Origin: Octopus sinensis
Lineage: Eukaryota
Length of the DNA stretch: 64,000 nucleotides
NCBI RefSeq assembly: GCF_006345805.1
Contig: NC_043023.1
Span: forward strand, 4,154,001-4,218,000
Direction: 5' to 3'
A program made the translations under genes and the position numbers. Below, piece after piece: positions 49,401-62,129 of this stretch. The stretch's first letter is position 1; every line of letters begins with the position of its first letter. The notes under the pieces are model-generated. The model was not told the origin of the DNA, did not search any database, and saw only the letters and a list, made by a program, of their open reading frames with translations.

Positions 49401-50120
49401 CTTCTGGTATACAGAGCTTTTGACTGGTAGCACTTGCATGTGCAAGTTGTTTGCAAGACATGCACTGAGACATGGATATTGGAATCACAGGAACAAGGGT
49501 GAAATGTGTTTAGCTTGATAAAAGTTGTGCTTAAAGCAAATCTGCAGAAGACTCCAGTTTCTTCAATGGCACCATCTAGTAACATCAATCCAATATCACT
49601 GGTACTTTATTTTACCAAGGATGAAAGGTAAAGTTAGTGTTAGTCTTCTTTTGTAATCCCATTTGCATCTCAGATATTTTATAAGGATATTAAATCTACC
49701 TCAGAAGGATAAAAGATGAAGTCAACCTTAGAGAGATTTCAACATGAATTGTTGAAGGATATAAAATACCTTGTGGTATTTTAAACCAATTCCGGTAATT
49801 CTGTTATCTATTGACATGTTAAAAAAAACCACCACCAGTTTCACCAAAAATACAACAACACAAGACAGTTTAACTAATTCAACTTTATTTTAAACCAGAA
49901 AAGTATTAATAATAATGATGTTAATAATAATAATGTTCTAATGTTGGTTGTTTTGCAGACATAAACAATAACGTGATGATAAGGTGCACTGAATATCATG
50001 GAAAGGGCTGAAGGGGTCATGTCCTCAACAGATTTGATGGAGACGATGGGGAGGGATAAATAAATAGAGGGAAGAGAGAAAGAAGACAAAGGAGAGAGAG
50101 AGAGTGAAGAACTAACCAAT

Positions 50121-50830
50121 ATATATACTAGGGTACTATGTAAGCACCTGCTTCACTAAAAATAGAAGTCAAAATACTTTTAAGTCACAGAAGAATCACA
50201 AAATTAATACAGGCATGATAGGAAAAAATTCCAGTGAACAAGAACAGCGTCCTACCTCTGCAAGAGGAATCCTGTGTAATTTGATGTCATGATTTCGAAT
50301 TTAGCACCAAAGGTGCCTGAATCTCCTGTCTAATCTGCCAGGGACGGCTACAAGAATTTTACCCTACTATGCACGTAAATGCATTTGAATGGTCAAATAC
50401 CGTGAAATTTTTTATAAATAAATATAAGAATGATAATATTTATATTGATAATTTAATAAATTAATAATTTGCCTACATGGCTGTATGCTTGTGGCCACTA
50501 ACGATATTATTTTTAGAAATATTGTTGTTCTTATATTTATTTATAAATAATTTCACACAATTCATTTGTTTCAAGCAAGAGGCAAATTCTCGTAGCCATC
50601 CATGGCAGCAGATCTGAGTGAGGAGATTCAGACATATTTGGCTCTAAATTCAAAAACATGACATCAAATTAATCAACATTCCTCTTGTATCCTTGGCAGA
50701 GGTAGAATGTTATTCTTGTTCATTAGAATTCTTTCCTATCATTCGTGTATTTTGTGATTGTTCTGTGGCTTAGAAGTATTTTGACTTCTATATTTTGCAA
50801 AGCAGTTGCTTATATAGTACCCTAATATAT
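50121..50830. mobile_element. Old fold-back/MITE element with ~240-bp inverted arms
   Basis: 50121-50360 aligns to the reverse complement of 50585-50830 (e.g. TAGAAGTCAAAATACTT.TAAG.CACAGAA.AATCACAAAA), with many substitutions. Confidence 0.7.
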
Positions 50831-50944
50831 ACATACAATTTATATATATATATATGTGTGTTATATATATTTTATTAATTTGCCTATACGGCTGTACGCT
50901 CGTGGCCACCAACAAAATAATTTTTAGAAATATTATCATTCTTG

Positions 50945-50981
<37 letters not shown>

Positions 50982-51519
50982 ATGTGAAAGAGACAGACAT
51001 AGATGTAAACACAAACACACGCACATACATGAAAAGAGAGGCAGTTTTAAAGGCAGTGCTCCAGCATGGCCTTAGTAGTTCATGGATAAAACTAAAGAAA
51101 CCAAAAGATAGACAGGGCTTGCTCTGTATACTTGTATATGTCACATACCATGACTGCAACATATGTGAGTGTGTAAACAAATATACACACACAAACATGT
51201 ATATAGTTCAAATTTTTAGAAAAATAAAAGATGAAGACAGGTGTAGGAACAACAAGCAAGTGTATTAGTTTGACACCCAAGGAAAATGGCAAAGTCTTTT
51301 ATGTTTCGAGCCTATGCTCTTTGACAGAAAGGAACAAGAGGAAATAAATGCAGGGAGAAGTGAATCACTGAGCCCTAACAGGGTTCAGTGGTTCAACATG
51401 GCATATATATATATATATATATATAGACATATATATATATAGACATACAGGGCTCAATGTGTATACTTGTAAAAGTCACATACCATGAATACAACATACG
51501 CGAGTGTGTAAACATAACT

Positions 51520-51569
<50 letters not shown>

Positions 51570-52459
51570 TTATATATACACATACATATGTAAACATACA
51601 TATACAAGCTCATACTTATGTAAACACACATATACATACATTATATATACATACACGTAGGCACACATGTAATTGGTTTTCAGCTGGAGAACTTGAAGAT
51701 TTTTAGGGTATAAATAATAATGATAATCCTTTCTACTATAGGCGCAAGGCCTGAAATTGATTTCATTGACCCCAGTGTGTAACTAATACTTATTTAAACG
51801 ACCCTGAAAGGATGAAAGGCAAAGCTGACCTCAACGGAATTTGAACTCAGAACGTAGCAGCAGACAAAATACTGCTATGCATTTCACCCGGGGCACTAAT
51901 GTATTCTGCTAGCTTACCACCTTAATAATAATAATAATAATGGTTTCAATTTTTGGGACAGGACCAGCAGCTTTTGAGGGAATGGGAAAGTTGATTACAT
52001 CGACCCCAGTAATCAACTGATACTTATTTTATTGACCCCGAGAGAAACAATGGCAAAATCAACCACAGTGAATTTTGAACTCAAAGTGCAAAGATAAATC
52101 AAGGGCTGACCACAACTTCTATAAAGAAGTATACAGCATATGCAGTTTCAAGCACCATGGGCAGCCTTCAACTGCTGTTTTCTATCCAAGGGGCTTTTCA
52201 ACCTGTTATTTACAGGCTATTGTCTATAGTTTTATCTACTTTGAGTTCTGCAGTTACAAACGAATTATTTCATGTTCTCTCAAAGTTTCTAAATTCTTAC
52301 TTACACACCCACTACACACACACACACAGAGGGTGTATGGAAAGTAACTAGGCATTAGAAATTGCTTGTAGAATTTTTAGTATCACTGAAGTCATGACGA
52401 TAACATTTTCTAAACAGGCAACACTAATGGGGATTTCTTATCTTCTTGTCTTATTTTCC

Positions 52460-53168
52460 AGATGGTCAGTTGCTTGACCGTTCAGGAGTGAGCTAAGATA
52501 GCAGCACATTATGAAGTGTAGAATTTCATTGTTTCGGTTCAAAGATGGTGGCATGCATGGAAAGGTAAACATGCAACACTATGTCTGGGGACGATAAAAA
52601 ACTGTTAAGCAAAGCTGATGACCACAGGGTGTTTGAACGATGCAAGAAGAAGTGGCCGTCCAACTACATCCCAATCAGCGGAGAACGTGGCAACAGTGCA
52701 GGAAATGTTTAATGACATCCTGCAAAAATCAACATGTCAAGCAGCTCGTGGAAGGGGACTAACAAGACATACAATACATATGGTGTTGCATAAAGAATTG
52801 AATCTTTGTCCATGGAAAGTCCATTGCATGCAGGCTGTGAAGACTGTGACCTCAGAAGTCCCGATCTCACTCCATGTGATTTTTACCTGTGGGGTTACAC
52901 AAAAGAGGTGTACAAGACAAAACCTCACACACTTGAGGACTTGGAGACACGGATTCAGGAGGTTCTCAATGATATCCCAGATGATGTCCTTCAGAAGGTC
53001 GTTCATTCTATCCCTGGGGCCATTTGAGGTGCTTATGTTGAAATATGAAGATTTACTTTCATTTTCCCATGTAATAAAGAACATGTATCATTTGTTTCAA
53101 TAAATTTGGAAAAGGAATATGGATATAATTACCAATTTTTAATGCCTACTTACTTTTCACCCACACTG
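52460..53168 (+). mobile_element. Internally deleted Tc1/mariner-superfamily transposon (maT/DD37D-like motifs)
   Basis: N-terminal TGCLND.RRSGRP...ENVATV and C-terminal RSPDLTPCDFYLWGY...P.TLEDL..RI, with the catalytic middle missing. Confidence 0.8.
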
Positions 53169-53292
53169 TGTGTGTGTGTGTGTATATATGTATATATATA
53201 TATATGCATACATACACAAATGCAAATATAAGCGAACATATACATTGCTTGCTCCCTCACCTGTTTTCGTCTTTCCTCTTTTGCAAATCTGA

Positions 53293-53360
<68 letters not shown>

Positions 53361-53678
53361 GGAGAGAGAGAGAGAGAGAGAGAGACATGGACATATATAC
53401 ATATAGCAATACATATATATATGCACACACAGAGGCACATATACACAGACATAAACATCAACAATAACAAAAACAACATGAATATGAAAAACACAAAAAA
53501 GTGTAGAAAAGTTATTTTTTTTCTTTGTCTTCTTTTTTTAATGTTTTTTAAAAGAAAATCCAGAGAAATGATGGCAGGGAGGAGTTATGTACATGTATGT
53601 ATATTGGTTGGTGGGTGTATATTTTTACGTGTTGTAATGTGTCAAGGGTACAAAAACCATGTGTAAAATGTAAACTAA

Positions 53679-53720
<42 letters not shown>

Positions 53721-54050
53721 GATACATGTGTATGTATGTGTGGTGTATACATAATATTGCATATATATTTGAAGGGTGGTGTATGCATTTGTTAGCTTGA
53801 GTATATATATGTATGTGTATATATCTTTGCGTGTGTATCTATGTATACACGTACACTCACACACACACACACATACCAATGTATCAGACAGGTGCTACGT
53901 GTGTGTGTTTATATAAATTGTGTGTGATGAGTGTATATATTTATATATACAAAAGTTTTAAAACACTGCCTAATCTGTGAAAATTTTACAACTGAAAGCA
54001 GACCAACAGCTTTTCTCCCTCTCTGGGGCACCATGTCCAACATTCCCTGC

Positions 54051-54517
54051 TTAGTCAACAGCATCCATGTCAGTGTAAGGGAGGCTGGTGCAGTTGTACC
54101 GATTGTCCAAGGGAGGGGGAAAACTGTCGTCATCAACAATGACGTCGCTGGTAGCCGAGTGACTCCAGTTCAAGGTAGCATTGCCAACAGCTAGTTTCCT
54201 TTCAGATACATCAGTGCTGAGTTGTAACTCAGGCATCTCCTCTGTCTTCATGGCCGAGCACGGGCCTTCAGGCACTGTCTTGGTGTTGGTCGCCGTTGTC
54301 AGTGCAGTCGATGGTGTGGCATTGGTCTTGTTCAGGGGGCACCCCCCAATGACGCCACTGGCAGCGCTGCTGACCGCATCTGACATGATACCGGCCAGTT
54401 CCGACTCAGACATTGGAGGTGCATCGTGGCGTCTATAGAAGAGGAGGTAGGCCAGTCGGGTGACAACATTTTTCTCCACCACAGGTACTACGTGACTATC
54501 ATCACAAAAGCGCCAAT
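54051..54517 (-). CDS. usp19: USP19-like deubiquitinase, last coding exon
   Basis: tttttgcag acceptor. Reads (D)WRFCDDSHVVPVVEKNVVTRLAYLLFYRRH...YTDMDAVD* (compare USP19 WRLFDDSTV...VVTRYAYVLFYRR). TAA stop at 54053-54051. Confidence 0.95.
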
Positions 54518-54816
54518 CTGCAAAAACAATAAAATAATAATAATCCTTTCTACTATAGGCACAAGGCCTGAAATTTTTTCGTGGGGGGACTAGTCAATTA
54601 CACTGACCCTAGCATTTCACTGGCACTTAATTTATCAACCCTAAAAGGATGAAAGGCAAAGTCGACCTTGGCGGAATTTGAACTCAGAACATAGTTAAAC
54701 ATATTGCCTGGGATGCTAACGATTCTGCATGAAAATGATGATGATGATGATGAAAATATTATTATAGGAAAATATTAGATTTATAAGCCCTAAAATTCAC
54801 TCCATAATTGCCCATA

Positions 54817-55070
54817 GGCATATGGCATAGTGGTTAAGAGTGTGGGCTACTATCCCCAAGATTCCGAGTTCGATTCCAAGCAGTGACCTAAATAATAATA
54901 ATAGTAATAGTAATAATAAAACAACATAGAAAAATACATTAGGAATGAGAGCCCAGGTTCGAAATTTCCCCAAGACACCTGATGAAGGCTGGAGGGTATA
55001 TCAGCTGAAACGTTGTATTAACAACAAACAAGATGAGGACAGATATCCATCAAATGTAAATAATGTAAAC
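54817..55070 (+). mobile_element. tRNA-derived SINE-like element carrying a hammerhead motif
   Basis: A box TGGCATAGTGG (54823-54833) and B box GAGTTCGATTCC (54866-54877), then a (TAA)n spacer and the hammerhead-like 3' module. Lies in a usp19 intron, antisense to the gene. Confidence 0.65.
54974..55019 (+). ncRNA. Hammerhead-ribozyme-like motif within a tRNA-headed SINE
   Basis: GACAC-CTGATGA-A-GGCTG(GAGGGTATAT)CAGCT-GAA-ACGT-T-GTATT: intact core, helix II, palindromic ACGT helix III and an imperfect helix I. Confidence 0.55.
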
Positions 55071-55471
55071 AAAATGCTGCCAAACATTTTGTCCAGTTTG
55101 CTAATGATCTGGGCAGTTTGCCATTTTAATAACGGTGGTTTTAAATTTTGGCACGAGATTAGTAATTTCGGTGTAGGGGGTAAGTTGAATACATTGACCC
55201 CAGTGCTTAACTGGTACTTGTTTTATTAATCCCAAAAGGATGAGAAGCAAAGTGAACTTTGGCAGAGTTTGAACTCATAGTATAGATAGCTGGAAGAAAC
55301 ACCACTAGGCATTTTTTCTGATGTGTTGACAATTCTGCCAACTCACCAACAATATCAGTAAAATATAATAAAGTAGTGGGATTTAATATAATCAACTGAA
55401 ATTGCAGAGCAGGGCCCAAGAAAATGGCAACTGGAATCAGTGAATATTAAAAAGTGATTGACTGTACATAC

Positions 55472-55638
55472 CAACTTCATTCTTGAAGGGTGTGAACTTG
55501 TCAGCACACCGGACATAGGATGTGTAGTGACCTCCCAGAAGTCCACCAGTGTGGTTAATGACTCCATAGAGATCATAGATAGTGGACGTTTGGCTGTCTG
55601 GACGGTTCCCTATGAAATAACAGGACATGTCAAGGCCC
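55472..55638 (-). CDS. usp19: USP19-like deubiquitinase, His-box exon
   Basis: ttgcag acceptor and G|gtatgt donor. Reads GLDMSCYFIGNRPDSQTSTIYDLYGVINHTGGLLGGHYTSYVRCADKFTPFKNEV, containing the catalytic His box GGHYT. Confidence 0.95.
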
Positions 55639-56039
55639 CTGCAAGTATAAAAAGGAGATATATATATGTGTGGGTACTATTTAAAACAGTTGTTGTGAAA
55701 GATAGATAAATAGGTAGTGTTGTCACCTTAGTAACTAACAAGTTTTGATTAAAAACACTGGAATTTTAAGTGCAAGTCTGCCAAGGCAATGCAACAGACA
55801 CTTCAAAAAAAAAGACTGTGTGTGTGAGATAGACTCAATCATCAGTTTTGTCATATGAGGATCCAACAACCTACTCTTTCTTTGCCAGTCATAATGCTTA
55901 TGTCAAATGTGACATTTAAGTCCCACCAACTATTTGCAAAGAAGCTCACAGATCCTGCAAATATGAGGATTACAGGTCAGTGCAGGTGGTATATTTGCAG
56001 CTGCTTTTCTCCTTTGCCTTGCTTCCCTGAAACCTGTTA

Positions 56040-56495
56040 ATGCTGGTTGCAACAAAGTTTCTAACACCATTTTGACACAATGATCTCAAAGGTTTGTGAG
56101 ATCACAACCTTTTGCTCAAAGGTGTTGAGAGCTATCTTCACTGCCAAGACATTACTCTTCAGCTTGTCCTTCTATCTGAGCCATGGTCGACCAACATTCT
56201 TCTGCCCATTTTCAAGCTGGCTGTACATGAGGACTTTGGGTATTCTTTCATCACTCATTCTGATGACAAACAAAGTGGTGTCAAATTCCAGTTTCAAACA
56301 AGTGGTGGACTATTTAATCCAGTGTTTTAAAGCCACAACACTGCTACACACCAGCATCATTTGGGATCTATGTTTTGCAGATGCTGCAGCACTAGTAGGG
56401 ACCTCCTTACAGAAAGCTCAAGAACTTCTACACTGGTTTTCTGCTGCATGTAAAGCCTTTGTTTTGACCATCAGCATAAAGATGGAAGTAATATA
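56040..56495. mobile_element. RTE-clade LINE fragment with internal inversion
   Basis: Plus 56263-56495 is the RT core (GGLFN...DLCFADAAAL...FSAACKAFVLTIS). Minus 56262-56100 is the C-terminus RMSDERIPKVLMYSQLENGQKNVGRPWLR. Confidence 0.8.
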
Positions 56496-57475
56496 TATAT
56501 AATACATAGTTTTTTTTAATTGTGTGTGTATTATTTAATTTTTGATTTGAAACTCATGTGCCAGTGTCACATGAAAAGCACCTGTGCCCATTGCAATGTA
56601 TAAAACACCCAGGCTGGTGCCACGTAAGAAGCACTTGTGCTGGTGTCACATAGAAAGCACCAGTGCTGGTGTCACATATAGAACCCCCATGCTGTCGCCA
56701 CATGAAAAGCAACCGTACTGGTACGACATATGGAGCACCTGCACCAGTGCTATGTGATTCGAACCTATGACAGTGCATACAAAGCACCCGGTTCACTCTG
56801 TAAAGTTGTTGGCATTAGGAAGTGCAACCAGCTATAGAAACCATGTTAAAACAAACAATTGGAGTTTAGGAAGCTCTCCTGTTGGCCAACACCTGTCAAG
56901 CCATCAAACCCAGCTTGGAAGAAGAGCGTTAAATGATGATGTTCCTGTGTGGTTTGTTCAAGCAAAAACCTGACAATTTTGACTCAAGGCAGAAACAGTT
57001 TTAACAAAAGAACTGAACTGTTGATGCCTTGTATGTTTGTGGCTTTAATGCAACTACAAGACTCTTTGAATTTTGTTCTGGTTCAGAACAAAAAAAGAAA
57101 GTCTCCAAAGGTTTAACTAGTAGGTTTTATGATATATGGTCTAATATGTATTGATGCTAGCCTATGTGTGTGCATATATATATATATAAATATTCTTTTA
57201 TAAATATTCTTGTATCAGCCATTTGACTGGAGCACCGCCTTTAGTCGAACAAATCAACCACAGGTACTTATCCTCTTAAGCTAAACTGCTAAGCTACACA
57301 TACACACACACATATATACACACCGGGCTTTTTTCAGTTTCCATCTACCAAATCCATTCATAAGGCTTGGGTTGGCCTGAAGCTATAGTAGAAGACACTT
57401 GCCCAAGGTGCTACGCAGTGGAACTGAACCCAGAACGATGTGGCTGGTAAGCAAGCTACATACCACACAGCCACT

Positions 57476-57517
<42 letters not shown>

Positions 57518-57532
57518 CACACACAGACATAT

Positions 57533-58730
57533 ATACAGCGTGTGGTGAATAAATTCTCATCACATTTTAACAGATACATTTACCAAAATTGCATAAATAT
57601 ACCTTGAAATACTAAAGAGTAAATTTATTCAATAAAATCGACATTGGCTTCAACCATGGCCTCCAGACAATTCTGGAATCTCCTGCAACTCTTCTGGTCA
57701 TTATGCTGTCATAATCCTTGCCTTCAGTTCATCTCTGGTGTTACAAGGAGTTTTGTTGGTCTCTTGCTCAGCTGTGCTCCACACATAATAATCAGTGAGT
57801 GGTCAGCTCGAAAATGGTTTAAATGATTTCGCAGTGAAGACCTGAGCCTTGCTGATCATGAGCGTAGTGAATGCCCAGCTGTCATCAATGAAATTAAAGA
57901 CCATTGTTGAGTCACAACCATGTAAAACCTCTTGAGAACTGGGAAAAGAACTTCAAGTTAGCCAGAAAACTGCCTGTAACCATTTGGATGCAATTGGAAA
58001 ATCAAAAAAGCTTGACAAATGGGTACCACACGATTCAAATGAAAATCACAAAATGCTCTTCCCTTCTTCTCCATAACCAGACCGATCCTTTTCTCAACTG
58101 TATTGTAAGTTGTGATGAAAAGTGGATTCTGTACAATAAAAAACGTTCTTTGCAGTGGTTGAACCAAAATGAAGCACCGAAAACATTCCCTAAACCCAAG
58201 CTCTTCAAAAAAAAGGTTATAGTGACTGTTTGGTGGTGTACTGCTGGACTCTTCTTAAAACCTGCAAAAACCATTGCTGCAGAAACATATTACCATGAAA
58301 TTACCAAAATGAATGAAAAACTGCTACTCCTCCGTCCCAGACTGGTCAACAGAAGAGGGTCAATCATACTTCATGACAATGCTTGACCACATGTTTCCCT
58401 AATGACACTCCTGAAGTTGAGGGAACTTAGCTACGAAGTTCTCTCCCACCCAGCTTATTCCCCAGGCCTTTCTCCTACCAACTACCACTTTTTCAAGCAC
58501 CTTCATGTTTTCCTGCAAGAGAAGGAGTTCAATAATCAAACCAATGCTGAAAGTATGTTCAAAGAGTTCATCAGCTCCAGAACTCCGGAATAAACAAACT
58601 TGTAACTCGTTGGCAAAAATGTGTTGATTGTAATGGTACTTACTTTGATGAATAAAATTTCCACATTGTTGAAATATATTGTGATGAATTTCATGTTTCA
58701 AAACATTGATTACATTTTACTCAGCCAGAT
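57533..58730 (+). mobile_element. Degenerate mariner (DD34D-type) transposon
   Basis: Broken frames contain WVPHD, IVSCDEKWILYN, VTVWW, HDNA and HPAYSPGLSPTNYHFF. Degenerate terminal inverted repeats, flanked by TA runs. Confidence 0.88.
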
Positions 58731-58749
58731 ATATATATATGAAACTTAC

Positions 58750-58902
58750 CGGGTGGGGAAGTGTACCATTTTATCCACTTTGTCCCTCCAGCTGAGATGA
58801 CCATATGAAAACCGCTTCAACTGTATGATCAACATTCGGGGTAGACGCCATATAGACATCTGTTTAGTGGCCTCTCGGTGTTCTGCGCACTGGGGACAGT
58901 AC
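58750..58902 (-). CDS. usp19: USP19-like deubiquitinase, internal exon (CxxC and LKRF box)
   Basis: cccag acceptor and CG|gtaag donor. 153 nt reading (W)YCPQCAEHREATKQMSIWRLPRMLIIQLKRFSYGHLSWRDKVDKMVHFPT(R). Confidence 0.95.
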
Positions 58903-60309
58903 CTGGGTAAAGACAGAGACAAAGGGTAAATACTTAGATATCTATCAAATCTGCACGTCCATACATAGATTTCTAGTTTTTTTTTTGTTTGTTTATGTTG
59001 TGGTTAGCAAAAATGAAAGAGCTCAATAAAAGTAGTCCCCTTTTGAAAATTTCCAAGAGGTACCCCGACCCCCGGTGCATATCACACAATATCCCCAGCC
59101 TTGTTTCAGGATCAATATGAGAGAGGTTCTGTAAAAAGTACCGATGCCAGCACCATGTAGACAGCATCCATGCCAGCACCACCTAAGAAAGCACCTGTGC
59201 TGGCACCATTCCCTGATCTTGAAGCTACACACCCTGTTGAGTAATGTTACCCTACAGGTCCTTCTGACTGGTCCCATCACAATTGTACTCTTTCAGTAAG
59301 TACAACATTCATAACATTCTCCCATACAAATATCACTAATCAATTAAAACAAGGTAACTGGAGGGAAAAACAAGACAGGATGGTCACAGCTGGAATGATT
59401 CTGATCATCAGTCTGCTTGGTCAAAGTTGACCTTAGCTTAACCCTTCAGCATACAGATTACTCTCTCAAATGTGATGCTTATTTATTCATATTGTTTGGA
59501 ATTAATTATGGCTTATCTTCTAGCTTTGAGATTTCAATGATGTGATTGTTAATTTCTAGAATGGCATTGAATGGAAGAAGGTCTAAGGATGAATGTAAAA
59601 CAGCAAGAATATTGGGGCTGGATCTGGCTGGTCAAACCCTTTAGCACTCAGAGTTCTCGGTCAAGTGGAATGCTTATTCATTCACATTGATTTATATTAA
59701 TCATCAAAATCTCATAGCTTGAGATTTTGAAGATGATGATGATGGTCATCATCATCGTTTAACGTCCGTTTTCCATGCTAGCATGGGTTGGGCGGTTCTA
59801 GTCTGATTTGGCAGTGTTTCTACAGCTGGATGCCCTTCCTAATGCCAACCACTCCATGAGTGTAGTGGGTGTTTTTACGTGCCACCTGCACAGGTGCCAT
59901 GGGAGGCTGGCAGTGGCCACGATCAGCTGGTGCTTTTTATGTGCCACCGGCACATGTATCACAACTACAATTTCCACTCGATATTTATTTTGATGTTGAT
60001 GTACTTGACTCATCAATTGATTCATATTAATCATCAAAATCTCATAGCTTGAGATTTTGATGATGTGATTGTTTATTTTTAGAATAATATTGTAGGGTAA
60101 GCGTGAGAGGTCAGATCTGGCCAGTCTGAAGATAATACAGGAAACTATTTTGGCTGAATATGGCCAGTTTAAATGCTAAGGGATTAAGCAACAACAATAC
60201 CAACCACATGTGACCATCATCTGACAAATGAGAAACCTGTACTTGTTCAGTCGACTTGCCAGAAATAACAGCCAAATCTCTCTCAAATCACATTCTATTG
60301 TCTTAAAAA

Positions 60310-60668
60310 CCATCCAACCGCCTCTCAAGCTTCTTTGATAACGTCCTTATGAGAGCTCAAAATCTCTCGTGGAAGCGTCATCCAACCAAAGTACAAATAT
60401 ATGGGAAACTACCACCTGTGTCATCTCTTGTGAAAGGTAGAAGAGTCCAGTTTGCTGGACATTGTTGTAGAGCTGAAAACGAGGTCATTTCTACTCTTCT
60501 CCTCTAGAAGCCATACCAGAGGGCGCACACTCTCCTACCCTGATGTAATCTCCAGGGATACAGGCATCCAGCAACAGGACCTCCGTAATGCTGTGATGGA
60601 CCGTGAAGTCTGGCGTAGCATGGTAAATTCCATTGTCTCGACCACGGTCGAACAGTGATGATGATGAT
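60310..60668 (+). mobile_element. RTE-like LINE 3' end with (TGA)n tail
   Basis: LMRAQNLSWKRHPTKVQIYGKLP...RRVQFAGHCCRA...MDREVWRSMV, followed by tgatgatgatgat. Confidence 0.8.
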
Positions 60669-60686
60669 GTCTTAAAAACTACTTAC

Positions 60687-60762
60687 CAAGCCTCTTCTTG
60701 GCTGAGGACTTCAGGTTCAGTGAAGAGATTCAGACAATGATCGAGTGAAATATCACCAGTAT
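60687..60762 (-). CDS. usp19: USP19-like deubiquitinase, internal exon
   Basis: ttgcag acceptor and TG|gtaagt donor. 76 nt reading (D)TGDISLDHCLNLFTEPEVLSQEEA(W), which matches USP19 LDQCLNLFTRPEVLAPEEAW. Confidence 0.92.
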
Positions 60763-61038
60763 CTGCAACAACAACAACATCTATAACAAAGAGATCTATT
60801 TTGACACAAGGGCAATATACATACAAGACATTAGCAGTACAGTAGACTATGGCTGTCACAAGCTGGTGCTGTGCTACATTGAACACCCACACTGGTGCCA
60901 TGTATAGAGGACCTGTGCTGGTTCCCCATAAAAAGCAATCATGCCAGTGCCACATGTGGAGCACCTGTGCAAGTGCCATGTATAAAGCACCAAAGCCTTG
61001 TGAGTGGATTTGGTAGAAGGAAACTGAAAGAAGCCTGT

Positions 61039-61082
<44 letters not shown>

Positions 61083-61536
61083 TCGTGTACATTAGAACAC
61101 ATTAAGAGGCTTCCAAATAGGAAAGCCTTGTGCTAGAAAGAGCAGTAGAAAACTCAAACCACTAATTAAGGATTAATTCTTGAAAGGATTGAAAATTAAA
61201 AACGTTTACCATCTCCTTTAGTTCTTAGACCATGGTTTCTAACTCATTCCAGTAAAAAAATATTTACTGAGGCTAGTTTTCATCAGTAGGGAACCTTTAG
61301 ATTTCAAATATACACACAACTAGATCCACATGTAAACCAGCTGCCTGTATATTCTAATTTTTCAAAACCACCGCATCGATGCAGTTTATTTCCAGCGACA
61401 GAGAGGAGGCCGGTAAAATTTTGAACAAATCTATCAAAAAATATTTAAACATAATAAATAATATTAGGGAAATAAGAATTATTATTACCAGTGGCCACTG
61501 GTAATAATAATTTCTATAATTCTTATTACCCTAATA

Positions 61537-61596
<60 letters not shown>

Positions 61597-62129
61597 ATGC
61601 ATGCGAGTTTTTGTCTGTGTTTGTCTCTCACCACTGCTTGACAATCAGTGTTGATTTGTTTACATCCCCATAACTTAGTGGTTCAGCAAAAGAGACTGAT
61701 AGAATAAGCACCAGACTTTACAAAAAGATAGTAAGGGGTTGATTCATTCAACTAAAATCCATCAAGGTGATGCCCCAGCATGGCCACAGTCTAATGACTG
61801 AAACAAATAAAAGAGACATATAGTACATCTTATGTATACAAACATGTATGGTTGCTATTACCATAGTTCAGTTTGCTTTCAGTATGGTGCTTAACCCTTT
61901 CGTTACTGCATTTATTTTGAGATGCTCCGTGTTTCTTTCAGTTATTTAAAATATAACATAGAATTTAGTAAAACAACTTAATTATCATTAAGCTAGTGTT
62001 AGGAACATAAGTTGTGACTAAGATTTGGTGGAAGATTTTAATTCAAAATTTATGAAAACAAGACATTTGTATTACAGAGCCAGCTGGGTTGGTAACGAAA
62101 GGGTTAATCAACTACTATACTTAGTAACA

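Noticed and set aside
53150-53494. Hydrophobic ORF start (MFFIFMLFLLLLMF) as an alternative transmembrane last exon of usp19
   Set aside because: It derives from low-complexity T-rich and microsatellite sequence, with no convincing in-frame acceptor or homology.
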